Source: Centroscyllium fabricii (taxonomy: Eukaryota). From it: a DNA stretch of 64,000 bases. This document shows, one piece after another, positions 34,651 to 47,175 of the stretch. The translations under genes and the position numbers were made by a program. The notes beneath the pieces were generated by a model that did no database searches, was not told the DNA's origin, and worked only from the letters and a program-made list of their open reading frames with translations. The stretch is from the NCBI GenBank assembly GCA_051313645.2, contig JBNRSN020000006.1:40610001-40674000 (forward strand), given 5' to 3'. Within the stretch, counting starts at the first letter, position 1. Every line of letters begins with the position of its first letter.

Positions 34651-37478
34651 GTGAGACAGGATGGTACACAACTCACACGGAGTGAGACACAATTGATGCA
34701 CACCTCACATGGAGTGAGACACAATTGGTGCACACCTCACACGGAGTGAGACACGATTGGTGCACACCTCACACGGAGTGAGACACGATTGGTGCTCACT
34801 TCACATGGAGTGAGACACAATTGGTGCACACCTCACACGGAGTGAGACACAATTGGTGCACACTTCACGGAGTGAGACACGATTGGTGCTCACTTCACAT
34901 GGAGTGAGACACGATTGGTGCACACTTCACACGGAGTGAGACATGATTGGTGCTCACTTCACACGGAGTGAGACACGAATAGTGCTCACTTCACACGGAG
35001 TGAGACACGATTGGTGCACACTTCACACGGAGTGAGACACGATTGGTGCACACTTCACACGGAGTGAGACATGATTGGTGCTCACTTCACACAGAGTGAG
35101 ACACGATTGGTGCTCACTTCACACAGTGAGACACGATTGGTGCTCACTTCACACGGAGTGAGACACGATTGGTGCACACTTCACACGGAGTGAGACACGA
35201 TTGGTGCTCACTTCACACAGAGTGAGTCCCGATTGCTGCACACTTCACACGGAGTGAGACACGATTGGTGCTCACTTCACACGGAGTGAGACATGATTGG
35301 TGCACACTTCACACAGAGTGAGACACGAATAGTGCTCACTTCACACGGAGTGAGACACAATTGGTGCACACTTCACACGGAGTGAGACACGATTGGTGCA
35401 CACTTCACACGGAGTGAGACACAATTGGTGCTCACTTCACACGGAGTGAGACACGATTGGTGCACACTTCACACGGAGTGAGACACGATTGGTGCTCACT
35501 TCACACAGAGTGAGACACGATTGGTGCTCACTTCACACAGTGAGACACAATTGGTGCACACTTCACACAGAGTGAGACACGATTGGTGCTCACTTCACAC
35601 AGTGAGACACAATTGATGCACACTTCACACAGAGTGAGACACGATTGGTGCTCACTTCACACAGAGTGAGACATGATTGGTGCACACTTCACATGCTGTA
35701 GTGAGACACGATTGCTGCGCACTTTACATGGAGTGAGACACGATTGGTGCACAATTCGCACAGAGTGAGACAAGATTGGTGCACATTTTACACAGATTGA
35801 GACACGATTGGTGCACACTTCACACGGAGTGAGACACGATTGGTGCACACTTCACACGGAGTGAGACATGATTGGTGCACACTTCACATGGAGCGAGACA
35901 CGATTGGTGCTCACTTCACACAGAGTGAGTCCCGATTGGTGCACAATTCGCACAGAGTGAGACAAGATTGGTGCTCACTTCACACGGAGTGAGACACGAT
36001 TGGTGCATATTTTACACAGATTGAGACACGATTGGTGCACACTTCACACGGAGTGAGACCCGATTGGTGCTCACTTCACACGGAGTGAGACACGATTGGT
36101 GCACACTTCACACGGAGTGAGACACGATTGGTGCACACTTCACACGGAGTGAGACACGATTGGTGCACACTTCACACGGAGTGAGACACGATTGGTGCTC
36201 ACTTCACATGGAGTGAGACACGATTGGTGCTCACTTCACACAGAGTGAGTCCCGATTGGTGCACACTTCACACGGAGTGAGACACGATTGGTGCTCACTT
36301 CACACGGAGTGAGACATGATTGGTTCACACTTCACACGGAGTGAGACACGAATAGTGCTCACTTCACACGGAGTGAGACACGATTGGTGCACACTTCACA
36401 CGGAGTGAGACACGAATAGTGCTCACTTCACACGGAGTGAGACACGATTGGTGCACACTTCACACGGAGTGAGACACGAATAGTGCTCACTTCACATGGA
36501 GTGAGACACGATTGGTGCACACTTCACACGGAGTGAGACACGATTGGTGCACAATTCACACGGAGTGAGACACGATTGGTGCTCACTTCACACAGAGTGA
36601 GACATGATTGGTGCACACTTCACACGGAGTGAGACATGATTGGTGCTCACTTCACACAGAGTGAGACACGATTGGTGCTCACTTCACACGGAGTGAGACA
36701 CGATTGGTGCACACTTCACATGGAGTGAGACACGATTGGTGCTCACTTCACACAGAGTGAGACACGATTGGTGCACACTTCACACGGAGTGAGACACGAT
36801 TGGTGCACACTTCACACGGAGTGAGACACGATTGGTGCTCACTTCACACGGAGTGAGACACGATTGGTGCTCACTTCACACAGTGAGACACAATTGGTGC
36901 TCACTTCACACAGAGTGAGACACAATTGGTGCTCACTTCACACAGAGTGAGACACAATTGGTGCACAATTCACACAGAGTGAGACAAGATTGGTGCATAT
37001 TTTACACAGATTGAGACACGATTGGTGCACACTTCACATGGAGTGAGACACGATTGGTGCACACTTCACACAGAGTGAGTCCCGATTGGTGCACAATTCG
37101 CACAGAGTGAGACAAGATTGGTGCATATTTTACACAGATTGAGACACGATTGGTGCACACTTCACACGGAGTGAGACACGATTGGTGCACACTTCACACA
37201 GAGTGAGACATGATTGGTGCACAATTCGCACAGAGTGAGACAAGATTGGTGCATATTTTACACAGATTGAGACACGATTGGTGCACACTTCACACGGAGT
37301 GAGACACGATTGGTGCACACCTCACACGGAGTGAGACACGACTGGTGCACAATTCACACGGAGTGAGACACGATTGGTGCTCACTTCGCACAGAGTGAGA
37401 CACGATTGGTGCTCACTTCACACGGAGTGAGACACGATTGGTGCATATTTTACACAGATTGAGACACGATTGGTGCAC
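34651..37478. repeat. Tandem satellite, 32-bp unit, about 88 copies
   Basis: Consensus CACACGGAGTGAGACACGATTGGTGC(A/T)CACTT repeated head to tail over ~2.83 kb. Confidence 0.98.
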
Positions 37479-38145
37479 TCTGGAATGCACTGCCTGAAAG
37501 GGGCTGTGAAAGCAGATTCAATAGTAATATTCAAAAGCGAATTACAGGTTGAACACCATTATAACGGCACGGGCGGGACTAGGCCCAGGCCGGTATAGCA
37601 AAAAAACGGAAGAACAAAGCCGGCCAGTGCGCGCACCATTAAAAATGGCCGCGCGCATGCTCATAACATTGGAAATGGCTGCCGCGAAGTTTTGATTGAT
37701 CTGCGCCTGCACCGCTGAACAGCGAGCGCATGCGCAGATCATTCAAAAATGGCCACCAAAAGTTTGGAATGGTCTGCGCATGCGCTCGCCATTCGGCAGC
37801 GCATACGCAGATCATTCAAAACTTCCGGCGGCCATTGTGAATGATCTGCGCATGCGCTCACCATTCAGCGGCGCATGGGCAGATCATTCGCCGAAGCATT
37901 GATCGTGGTGGCCATTTTGCACATGCGCAGGGCAGTCGGGGCGATTTATGCCGGCCAACTGAAGTTGCCGGCTTTCCGGTTACCGGATAAACGGTGTTCA
38001 ACCTGTATATAAATTCTTGAAAAGTAAATACTTGCAGGTCTTTGAGGAAAGAGCAGGGGAGTGGGACCAATTGGATAGCTCTTTTTAAGAGCTGGCACAT
38101 GCTCGATGGGCCAAATGGCTTCCTTGTGTGAAAGATTCTATGATT
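37479..38145 (+). mobile_element. CR1 3' fragment split by a Tigger-like MITE
   Basis: WNALP trace and 3' UTR on either side of 37545-38005; similar to 24210-24400. Confidence 0.75.
37545..38005. mobile_element. pogo/Tigger-like MITE
   Basis: TA|CAGGTTGAACACC...GGTGTTCAACCTG|TA. Confidence 0.9.
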
Positions 38146-38743
38146 CACAAATGTGCTATCGTGCACAGCCCTGTATCAGATTAAAAATTACAACTTTTTC
38201 TTTCGAAAATATAAGTTTCTGAGAAAACTATGCTGATACAGAAAATATATATAAACACACAGGAAATGCACAGCAGGCTCGACAGTATTTCAAATGAGGA
38301 AGCGAGGCTAACTTTGAATGAAGCTTCATATGATAACTTATGTTTGAATCTTTCAGATGCATACCAACCTGCTGTGAATTTTGATTATTTCCTGCTTTTA
38401 TTTCAGATTTGCACCCATTCTTTCTATTGCTAACATGTTGGTTTATATCTATCTCTATATTTGATTTTTTTTTTTTAATAATGTAATACCAGCATTTCCC
38501 TTTGTTCCTACAAAAACCCGGTTTAGTATTTTTCTTTAAAGCAATCTGGTAAACTAAAATACTGCAGCTTCCCCTTTCAAATTGTGTACACTCATCTAGG
38601 GGCGTGGAGTCGGGATCCTGGATTATTTGTGAACAGGAAATCCTGAAAGATAATTTCATGGTCTAACTAGTAAGAGTTCGGAAAAAACGCAAAATGTGCA
38701 ATAATAATGGAAGGGCAAATATTACCAGGGCCACTGAGCTATG

Positions 38744-39645
38744 GGGTGGAATTTTAGGAGGTCCCTAAGTGCGGGTTTCTGGCGGGTTGGTTTCTAAAAT
38801 TCCAATCCGGCGGGCGGGAAGGCACCCCGCTGGATCCCCGCCCATTTGGGATTTTCGTCGGGCGGGTTTTGCCGCCCCGCATGTTTCCCGCCCGCCGCCG
38901 GTGGGGATACAGATTGAGGTCGTTGAGGGCCCTTAATTGGATGGCTAATCCTATTTTAAGGGCCCTCAGCTATTTTAGCCCTCTTCCCACCCAAAACCCG
39001 CCTGGTGAAAACCCCGCCATGAAAAAGGTGGTGGGAACCCAGGCGGCTGGGTGTCTACCACCTTCAAGGGATGGGCACAGCACCCACACAGCAGCTTGCT
39101 AGCCTCCACCATGCTGGAGGTGCAGCTGCCACCCAAGGGTGAGAAACTTCAGAGCCCAAAACCTTGAAATCATTCATCTTCAAATCGCTCCTATTCAACA
39201 GAGATCGCACTGCTGTGCTGTGTCTGTGAGCTCAGCTGTCAATCACCCAGGGGATCAGTTTCTGTTTACATTCCATTGAAATCACAAACAAACATGACTC
39301 ACTACAACTGTTTGTTTCGTGGTTTCAAGTGGTCCTTTCATAGTCTGACTCACAGAGGCTATGTAAACATAGAAACAAAGGCAACACTTCAGATCTGTCA
39401 ATCAAGCTTAGTGAGTTCTTACTACTCAGGCCTGTCAATCAACAGCCCGCCCAACTCAAACAGTGAATGTAAAGGGCTATGTTCACCCCCATTAGTGTGT
39501 ATTGGGAGCCTGACAGTTCGGCGGGGATGTAATTGGTCACTTGAGCCAAAATTGCTCGGGCCTACCAGATCCTTGGGCGGGCAGGACAGAAAACTGACCC
39601 GCCCAAAACCCGCCAGCTTCCCACAGCTTTTTAAAAACTCCCCCC
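38744..39645. mobile_element. Harbinger-type MITE
   Basis: GGGTGGAATTTT / AAAACTCCCCCC ends, ATG TSD; empty site at 42038-42040 in the local duplicate. Confidence 0.88.
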
Positions 39646-39804
39646 ATGGTGACTAAATGAGTCAAATTCCATTATAATATGTAACATCCCGAGATTTTCA
39701 CTAGTGATTTGGGAATCACATTCCACAATTCTGTCCATCTTTCCATTTTTCTTATTGTCCGAAAATTCTCGAGAACTTAACTGCCAAAACATCCATGTTT
39801 GTGC

Positions 39805-40005
39805 TATATATTTATCACTCAACCAACATCGCCTAAAAAGAGATGACCTGGTGATTGTCACATTGCTGTTTGTGGGAGCTTGCTGTGCGCAGATTGGCTG
39901 CTGAGTTTTCAACATTCCAACAGTGACTACACTTCGAAATTACTTCATTGGCTGTAAAGCACTTTGGGACATCCTGAGGCCATGAAAGGCATTATATAAA
40001 TGCAT
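39805..40005 (+). mobile_element. Deu-domain SINE 3' half
   Basis: GTGGGAGCTTGCTGTGCGCAGATTGGCTGC core plus tail. Confidence 0.8.
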
Positions 40006-40137
40006 GTCTGTCTTTATTTATATATATATATATATATTTATATATGTATTTATTTATTTCTTCCTTTCTATCCACGGTGCACCATGACTCATCAAAGTTT
40101 TCAACCACAAGCCACACTTATCGAGCAAGGGCACGTG

Positions 40138-40537
40138 TCACGGTGGCACAGCGGTTAGCACTGTTGTCTCACAGCACTGGAGACCCGGGTTCAAATCCAG
40201 CCTCGGGTACTATCTGTGTGGAGTTTGCACATTCTCCCCGTGTTTGCGTGGGTTTCCTCCGGGTGCTCCGGTTTCCTCCCACAGTCCAAAGATGTGCGGG
40301 TTAGGTTGATTGGCCAGGATAAATTGACCCTTAGTGTTAGGGGGATTGAATATGTGGGGTTACGGGGATAGGGTGGGATATGTGTCAGTTTAGGCTCGAT
40401 AGGGATCATGGGGAGAGGGCAGGGGTGGGGTACTGGGTTTGGATGATCAGCCATGATCTCATTGAATGGCGGAGCAGGCTCGAAGGGCCGAATGGCCTAC
40501 TCCTGCTCCTAGTTTCTATGTTTCTATGTTTCTATGT
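40138..40537 (+). mobile_element. V-SINE (HE1-like)
   Basis: A/B boxes, V domain, CR1 tail (TTTCTATG)n; highly similar to 42122-42524. Confidence 0.9.
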
Positions 40538-41664
40538 CACACTTGAGCCCAGAAATTACTGTTGGCAATGTTAGTGGACCAATACATTCATACAACATTC
40601 CGCTTTTTAAATGGCGATAACACCGACAGCGGAATGTCGCACAAGTGTGTTAAGCATTCATCCACTGATGTCGCCGACCGTAATTTCTAAGCTCTGATTA
40701 CAACTTTAAAAACACCTCCTATCAAAAAGGCAGGTTGTGCGGGGGTGGGGGGGTTGGGTGGGCAGGGGAGGGGGAAACTTGTGGAGAAAAGCCTTTGCCT
40801 CACAAAAAATAACATACAACAAAAAAATGCACCAGTCAAGCTTTCCCGAGCGCTTCAGCCGGCATTTCAGAAACAGCCTCGGGTGAGATAACAAGGAAGG
40901 TACTTCAAAATCCATTAAACATTTCACAGCCATTTCCCTCCAGGGCCTGAGCGTGGAGCCAATAAACAGGTAAATGGAAGTGACAGTGTATTATTGAGGG
41001 GCGCCTGTTTGTGCATGAAGTTAGATAATGCGCTCTTCTCTGTCATTATATTCAAAATCTGAATTCCCTGAATACACTCAAGACAGGACTGCAGTGTCAT
41101 GATGGTATGTCTTTTATCAGGGATTAAGAATGATGATTGCCATCCAGGAGTATGTAAAGTAATAGCAGGTGTTGGGGGGTAATTAAGTAACGTTTAGGGT
41201 AAATGTAGAATTCACCTAGACACTTTCCAGTTCATGTTTATTCCATTTCTTCTTTCATCCAATCATTTGTTTTAACCAGTGCACTGCATTTACCAGCATT
41301 AAAGCATCTGATGCAGCGTTCAAAGATTCTCCATCTACAAACTCCCATCAGGTACGCTTTTTTTTAATTGCCCTTTTTAAGAGATGTTTGTTATTGTGCC
41401 TCTGTCCCATCTGGTGTTCCTCCCTTGTCACGCATCATCCTCAGTGGAGGTGGCAGAGGGCTGACCTTCTCCCTGACCTGTACCAAAGCTTCACCGTCAC
41501 AGCATGCCAGAGGTGCAGAAGAGATGTTTGGGGTGACTCACTGCCAACGTCCCCCCTCAAGTTTTTTTTCCGCTCACAGTTTCGCGCATGCGCGACATTT
41601 AACATGGGAAAAGCCAGTCCCAGTCTGCGCGGGAGCGGCAGGGAGCTGCGCAGCTTAGAGGCAG

Positions 41665-41930
41665 CTTTGCTCACTACCCTGTCTTTGCTTTCCAAGGTGT
41701 CAGCCATGGTTCAAACCCCACTCCGGAGATTCCAGCACATAATCCAGTCTGACACTTCCGTGCAGTACTGAGGGATCAGTCGGAGGTGCCGTCTTACAGA
41801 TGAGATATTAAACCGATGCCCTGTCAGTCCTTTCAGGTGGACATAAACGAGCCCACGGAACTATTTTGAAGAACAGCAGGGGAGTTCTCCCTGGTGTCCT
41901 GGCCAATATTAATCCCTCAATCGACATCAT
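41665..41930 (+). mobile_element. Deu-SINE 5' half
   Basis: GGTTCAAACCCCACTCC B box and body GCAGTACTGAGGGA...GGAGTTCTCCCTGGTGTCCTGGCCAATAT. Confidence 0.7.
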
Positions 41931-42121
41931 GATTTCATAGTCTACTTTTATTTTAAAAGTGGCCCATTGAGAGTTAGGAAAAAACACAACAAGTGCAATA
42001 ATAATGGAAGGACAAATATAACAAGGGCCACTGTGTTATGGTGACTAAATAATTCAAATTCCATTTTATTATGTGACTTCCCAAGAGTTTTACTAGTGAT
42101 TTGGGGATCATATCCCACAAT

Positions 42122-42524
42122 AGGCATGGTGGCACAGTGGTTAGCACTGTTGTCTCACAGCACTGGATACCCGGGTTCAAATTCAGCCTCGGGTACTATC
42201 TGTGTGGAGTTTGCACATTCTCCCCGTGTCTGCGTGGGTTTCCTCAGGGTGCTCCGGTTTCCTCCCACAGTCCAAAGATGTGCAGGTTAGGTTGATTGGC
42301 CAGGATAAATTGACCCTTAGTGTTAAGGGGATTGAATATGTGGGGTTACAGCGATACGGTGGGATATGTGTCGGTGCAGGCTCGATAGGGATCGAGGGAT
42401 ATGGGGAGAGGGCAAGGGCGGGGTACTGGGTTTGGATGATCAGCCATGATCTCATTGAATGGTGGAGCAGGCTCGAAGGGCCGAATGGCCTACTCCTGCT
42501 CCTAGTTTCTATGTTTCTATGTTT
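42122..42524 (+). mobile_element. V-SINE (HE1-like)
   Basis: A/B boxes, V domain, CR1 tail; empty site at ~39725 in the local duplicate. Confidence 0.9.
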
Positions 42525-42599
42525 AATTATGTCCATCTTTCCATTTTGCTTATGACTGAAAATTATCGAGAACTTAACTACCAAAACACCTTTGATGGT

Positions 42600-42782
42600 G
42601 TTACATATTTATCCCTCAATTAACATCACTTAAATAAAAGACGATCTGGTCATTATCACATTGCTGTTTGTTGGAGCTTGCTGTGTGCAAATTGGCTGCT
42701 GCATTTCTTACATTATAACAGTGACTACACTACAAAAAGGACTTCATTGGCTGTAAAGTTCTTTGGGAAATCCTAGGGTCAT
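42600..42782 (+). mobile_element. Deu-domain SINE 3' half (duplicate of 39805-40005)
   Basis: GGAGCTTGCTGTGTGCAAATTGGCTGC core. Confidence 0.75.
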
Positions 42783-43004
42783 TACAGGGACTGGATACAC
42801 GTCATATCGGAAATTATTCTCTGGCACAGTGGGTTGGATATCCAGCTCAGCGCTGCCTCTCCTAATAACATTTCCCATTCTGAAACCGAGAAGATGGTCT
42901 GAAAATCTAAAACATGAGGTACCTCAACCCCTCGTTTACTGTCCAGCCACTTGAAAAAAGCACTCCTCATAAGAGTGAGACTTTACCCGTTGTGAACGTG
43001 CAAC

Positions 43005-43521
43005 CGAAGAAAGGATATACTTGCCATAGAGGGAGTGCAGCGAAGTTTCACCAGACTGATTCCTGGGATGGCAGGACTGTCGTATGAGGAGAGATTGAGT
43101 CGACTTGGCCTGTATTCACTCGAGTTTAGAAGAATGAGAGGGGATCTCATTGAAACGTATAACATTCTGACAGGGCTAGACAGACTGGATGCAGGGAGGA
43201 TGTTTCCCCTGGCTGGGGGGTCTAGAACGAGGGGTCACAGTCTCAGGATACGGGATAGGACATTTAGAATTGAGATGAGGAGAAATTTCTTCACTCAGAG
43301 GGTGGTGAACCTGTGGAATTCTCTACCACAGAAGGCTGTGGAGGCCAAGTCACTGAATATATTTAAGAAGGAGATAGATAGATTTCTAGACACAAAAGGC
43401 ATCAAGGGGTATGGAGAGAGAGGGGAATATGGTATTGAGATACAGGATCAGCCATGATCATATTGAATGGCGGAGCAGGCTCAAAGTGCCGAATAGCCAA
43501 CTCCTGCTCCTATTTTTCTAT
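43005..43521 (+). mobile_element. CR1 3' end (ORF2 C-terminus and 3' UTR)
   Basis: Open 140-aa stretch QRSFTRLIPGM...TRGHSLRI...FFTQRVVNLWNSLP; tail interrupted by a MITE. Confidence 0.92.
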
Positions 43522-44292
43522 GGGGGCTAAATTGGTCAGCGCACAAAAAGTGGCGTTGACCTGGGCGATGCGCTATTTTTATCGCCAGCTCATCGCTGGA
43601 GCTAAAAATGCCGATATTCACCGCATCGCCCATTCCGTTTGGGCGGGCGCTAAATCAGGCAGGCCACCTCGCTCTTCGTGCGAGGCGGCCGAATACCTGG
43701 GCGCCGGCGCCGCGCTGCACGAGGGAGACTGCAGCGGCGGCCTGCGGAATGGCAGGCTGGCCTCCTCCATTAAAGGGGAAGGGCCTAGCACGGCTGCAGC
43801 GAGAGACCCGCAGGGCCACCAAGGGACCGGGAGACGCCTAATGAGCCCGGCACTTGGGGGAAGTGCCGGGCACAGCTGAGGGAAGCCTCACCCCGCCGGG
43901 GAGCAGCGGGGGAGGCTGGGGGAAGCCGAGGGGGAAGGTGCTGGCGGTCGGCCAGCAATAAAAATGGCCGACCACCGCACTTGCCTTTAAGCAGCGCTTG
44001 GGCGCTGCTGCTTGCACAGATAAAAGCTGGCGCGGGCAGAGCTCCGTGATAAAACGGTGGACGCTGCCCAATTTCGGGCGCCCAGTGCCTCCCAGGCGCT
44101 GCGCGGCATGATGACGTCATTCAGGATGTCCAGCTGGGCGCTAAATTCGTTGGGGCGCTAACAGTTAGCCCCCAGTTTAGCGCCCAGCTGAATTTAGCGC
44201 GGGCCGCTATTTTTGGCGCTAATTCGGCGCTGGCCCATTAGTGCCCATTTTGGGCGCTAACGGGCCGGCACTAGAGCGCGAATTTTGCGCTC
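43522..44292. mobile_element. GC-rich Harbinger-type MITE in the CR1 tail
   Basis: GGGGGCTAAATT / AATTTTGCGCTC imperfect TIR, TAT TSD, many GCGCTAA/TTAGCGC sub-terminal motifs. Confidence 0.82.
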
Positions 44293-44969
44293 TATGTTTC
44301 TAATTAAAGTGTTGCCTTTGTTATTTGATTGATTTTATTTGTAACCCTTTTAGTACTGAGTACAGTATCAATTTTTGGTTTCCAAAAGATTTCTTGACAA
44401 ACCATCTGCCGAAGTTACTTTTTGCGAACTCTAACTTTAGAAAGTGTGCGACAGGGTAGGTTTAGAGAAACACAACGAACCACTGGAATTGGGTATCTCC
44501 CAGGCAAAACTGAACAGGTTTCCAGCAAAGTTCTTGTTATCTTAAATGTCCATGCAGAGATGGGACAGTCCTCCTCAAATAATTATATTAATATATTTAT
44601 TGACTGGTGTCTGTTACACTTTGCCTTTAAAAGAATGGAACACAGATCAGTGCATCCACAAAGAAGTGCTAACCACTAATATACACCTTGCCACAGACAT
44701 TTATTCAAACCTAAATATAGGTTCACACAGGCCAAACGGTCATGACTAGGGCAGGCCATCATTTTATTGTTCTTTCTTTTGTTGTACACTCACATACAAA
44801 TACATAATATCACATACTTAAAATCTACCCAATAGTAAGGAATGTCCCCAGAGTTTGTTTTAGGTGCTTGGAGCAGTAACAACGTCCTTAGTTTTGTCTG
44901 TCTGCTTTCTTCCTCATTTTCTTTTTAAATTCGGCATATTCAGCCTGGTTTACGTGACATTTTATACTC

Positions 44970-45148
44970 GTTGAGTATATTCAAGACAGAGATCGATAGA
45001 TTTTTGGATACTAAGGGAATCAAGGGATATGGGGATAGTGTGGGAGGGTAGAGTTGAGGTCGTAGGTCAGCCATGATCTTACTGAATGACGGTGCAGGCT
45101 CGAGGGGCAGAATACCCTACTCCTTCTCCTATTTCTTATGTTCTTATG
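44970..45148 (+). mobile_element. CR1 3' end
   Basis: FKTEIDRFL..KGIKGYG trace and 3' UTR. Confidence 0.8.
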
Positions 45149-45258
45149 CCCTTACTTTGACTGAATGCAAATTCGCTTGGACATTAGGAATAGGGCTTTT
45201 CTGAGCACTTACACTTATCAGATCAGTTAACAAAAGTGGCTCGTCATAAACAGTGTAC

Positions 45259-45559
45259 TGTAGCGGCGCTACCCAGGGAAGCCACCAGGGCTCCCCCTCT
45301 CAGGCATTATCCCCATGCAACGGTCGGTCCCGCCCCCGCAGTTCGATTGGACAACCGGTTTGCCAGCCTCGGTCCCTCAGTGGCCGAAGGAACTGCCACT
45401 CAGACCGACTCATGTGCCCCAGAGTGCTTTGTGGATTCGCGGGCTTTTTCGAACAGTTTTCCTTCTGAGCAAATGTAATAAAGACGTGTTGTACCTGTGC
45501 TCCCGCACCCCGCGTCTTTTTACTTTCAACAGCGAGTAGGTAGTCCGCCGACTCCTACA
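45259..45559 (+). mobile_element. Solo LTR, 301 bp
   Basis: TGTAG...CTACA inverted termini, GTAC 4-bp TSD, AATAAA at ~45477. Confidence 0.85.
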
Positions 45560-45701
45560 GTACTACCTGCTTTCAATAGTTTTCTCACTCTCATTGCCGT
45601 ATAGGAAAATCAAGAGTGATGTTCATGTCACTCCTGCCCCGTTTATACCTAAAAAAAATGGGGCCGGCGGCAGAATCGAACTTGCGAGTGGAATGGGATT
45701 A

Positions 45702-45960
45702 CAGGTTGAGCACCAGTAATCCGGCACCCGATGGTCCGGCAGCTTCAGTGGTCCGGCACGATTGGAAACCGGCGCTCTTCATTTTGCGGAGCAGCCGCTC
45801 GGCGGCGCCACCGTTTCCCGGGAAGGGTGAGCGAGCGCCAAAGGCGTCAGGCGTTTGGGTTTCTGTTTCTTTAGGTTCTCTAACTGTTCTATCCCCGGGC
45901 TCCCTCCCGGGGAGTGTTCTACCCGCGCTCGAGGGTGCCGGATTAACGGTGCTCAACCTG
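45702..45960. mobile_element. pogo/Tigger-like MITE
   Basis: TA|CAGGTTGAGCACC...GGTGCTCAACCTG|TA; reverse-orientation paralog of 58466-58864. Confidence 0.9.
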
Positions 45961-46429
45961 TAGTGCCTTGCCTCAGGGCTGCCCGTTCTAATTTTCAGAT
46001 GGATCTTAGTTTAAGCGGCCGGAGCTCCAGCCAGAAACAAGCCTCGTGAATAAATGCAAATGGGGGTCAGGCGACAGAGTTCCCACCCCGGCCACCGTTT
46101 TCCCCTTGTTGCCACCGTCAGTTGCTTATCCCACCCGGCAAACACAGCTGGTAAAATTCGGGAGGTGACCATTTTAAGCGTACATTAAAGGGATCCTTCG
46201 CCGGAGTGGGGGAAAGCTGGACGCAGGTCTGGCACTCGCTTCTACTCCAATCACATGAGTGTGGGGGCCTTAAAGGCTTTCAGATATAATCCCCTTGTTG
46301 CTATAGGTGCTGTAAAAATGTTGTTTGCTGCGAGAAGCTGTTGCTCTATTTCATTCCCGATGCTCCCACTCCTCCGCTTTGAGACGGCCCATCAGATTTT
46401 CTGCCCCCAGCTTCGGCGGGCTGCCGATA

Positions 46430-46827
46430 ACAACAACAATGTGCATTTATATAGCCCATGTAACGTAGCAAAAACCCTCCCAAAGTGCTTCCCAGGAGCG
46501 CTATCAGAAAACATTTGACACCAAACTACATAAAGAGAAAGAAAAAAAAGACTTGCATTTATATAGCGCCTTTCACGACCTCAGCATGTCCCAAAGCACT
46601 TTACAGCCAATGAAGTACTTTTGAAGTGTAGTCACTGTTGTAATGTGGGAAACGCGGCAGCCAATTTGCACACAGCAAGCTCCCACAAACATCAATGTGC
46701 TAATGACCAGATAATCTGTTCCTGTTATGTTGGTTGAGGGATGAATTTTGTCCAGGACACCGGGGATAACTCCCCTGCTCTTCTTCGAAATAGTGCCTTT
46801 TACATGCACCTGAGTGAGCAGACGGGG

Positions 46828-46858
<31 letters not shown>

Positions 46859-47175
46859 ACCTCCGACGGTGCAGCACTCCCTCAGCACTGCACTGGAGAT
46901 ATTAGGACAGGTGACCAAAAGTTTGGTCAAAGAGCTAGGTTTTAAGGAGCGACTTAAAGGAGGAGCGAGAGCTAGAGAGGCGGAGAGGTTTAGGGAGGGA
47001 ATTCCAGAGCTTAGGGCCCAGGCAGTTGAAGGCACGGCCGCCAATGGTGGAGCGATGACATTCGGTGATGCACAAGAGGCCAGAATTGGAGGAGTGCAGC
47101 GAGGAAGGTTGTAGGGCTGGAGGTGATCACAGAGGTAGAGAGGGGCGAAGCCATGGAAGGATTTGAAAACAAGGT
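46430..47175 (-). mobile_element. L2 3' fragment split by a Deu-SINE (~46535-46895)
   Basis: CATAAAGAGA / GGAGATATTAGGACAGG junction; SINE core GCAGCCAATTTGCACACAGCAAGCTCCCAC. Confidence 0.8.

Noticed and set aside
34651-37478. CRISPR-like array, or RAG recombination signals (CACAGTG in some units)
   Set aside because: Units are contiguous with no unique spacers, no cas genes are present, and the context is eukaryotic. The heptamers arise from 2-bp deletions and have no nonamer.
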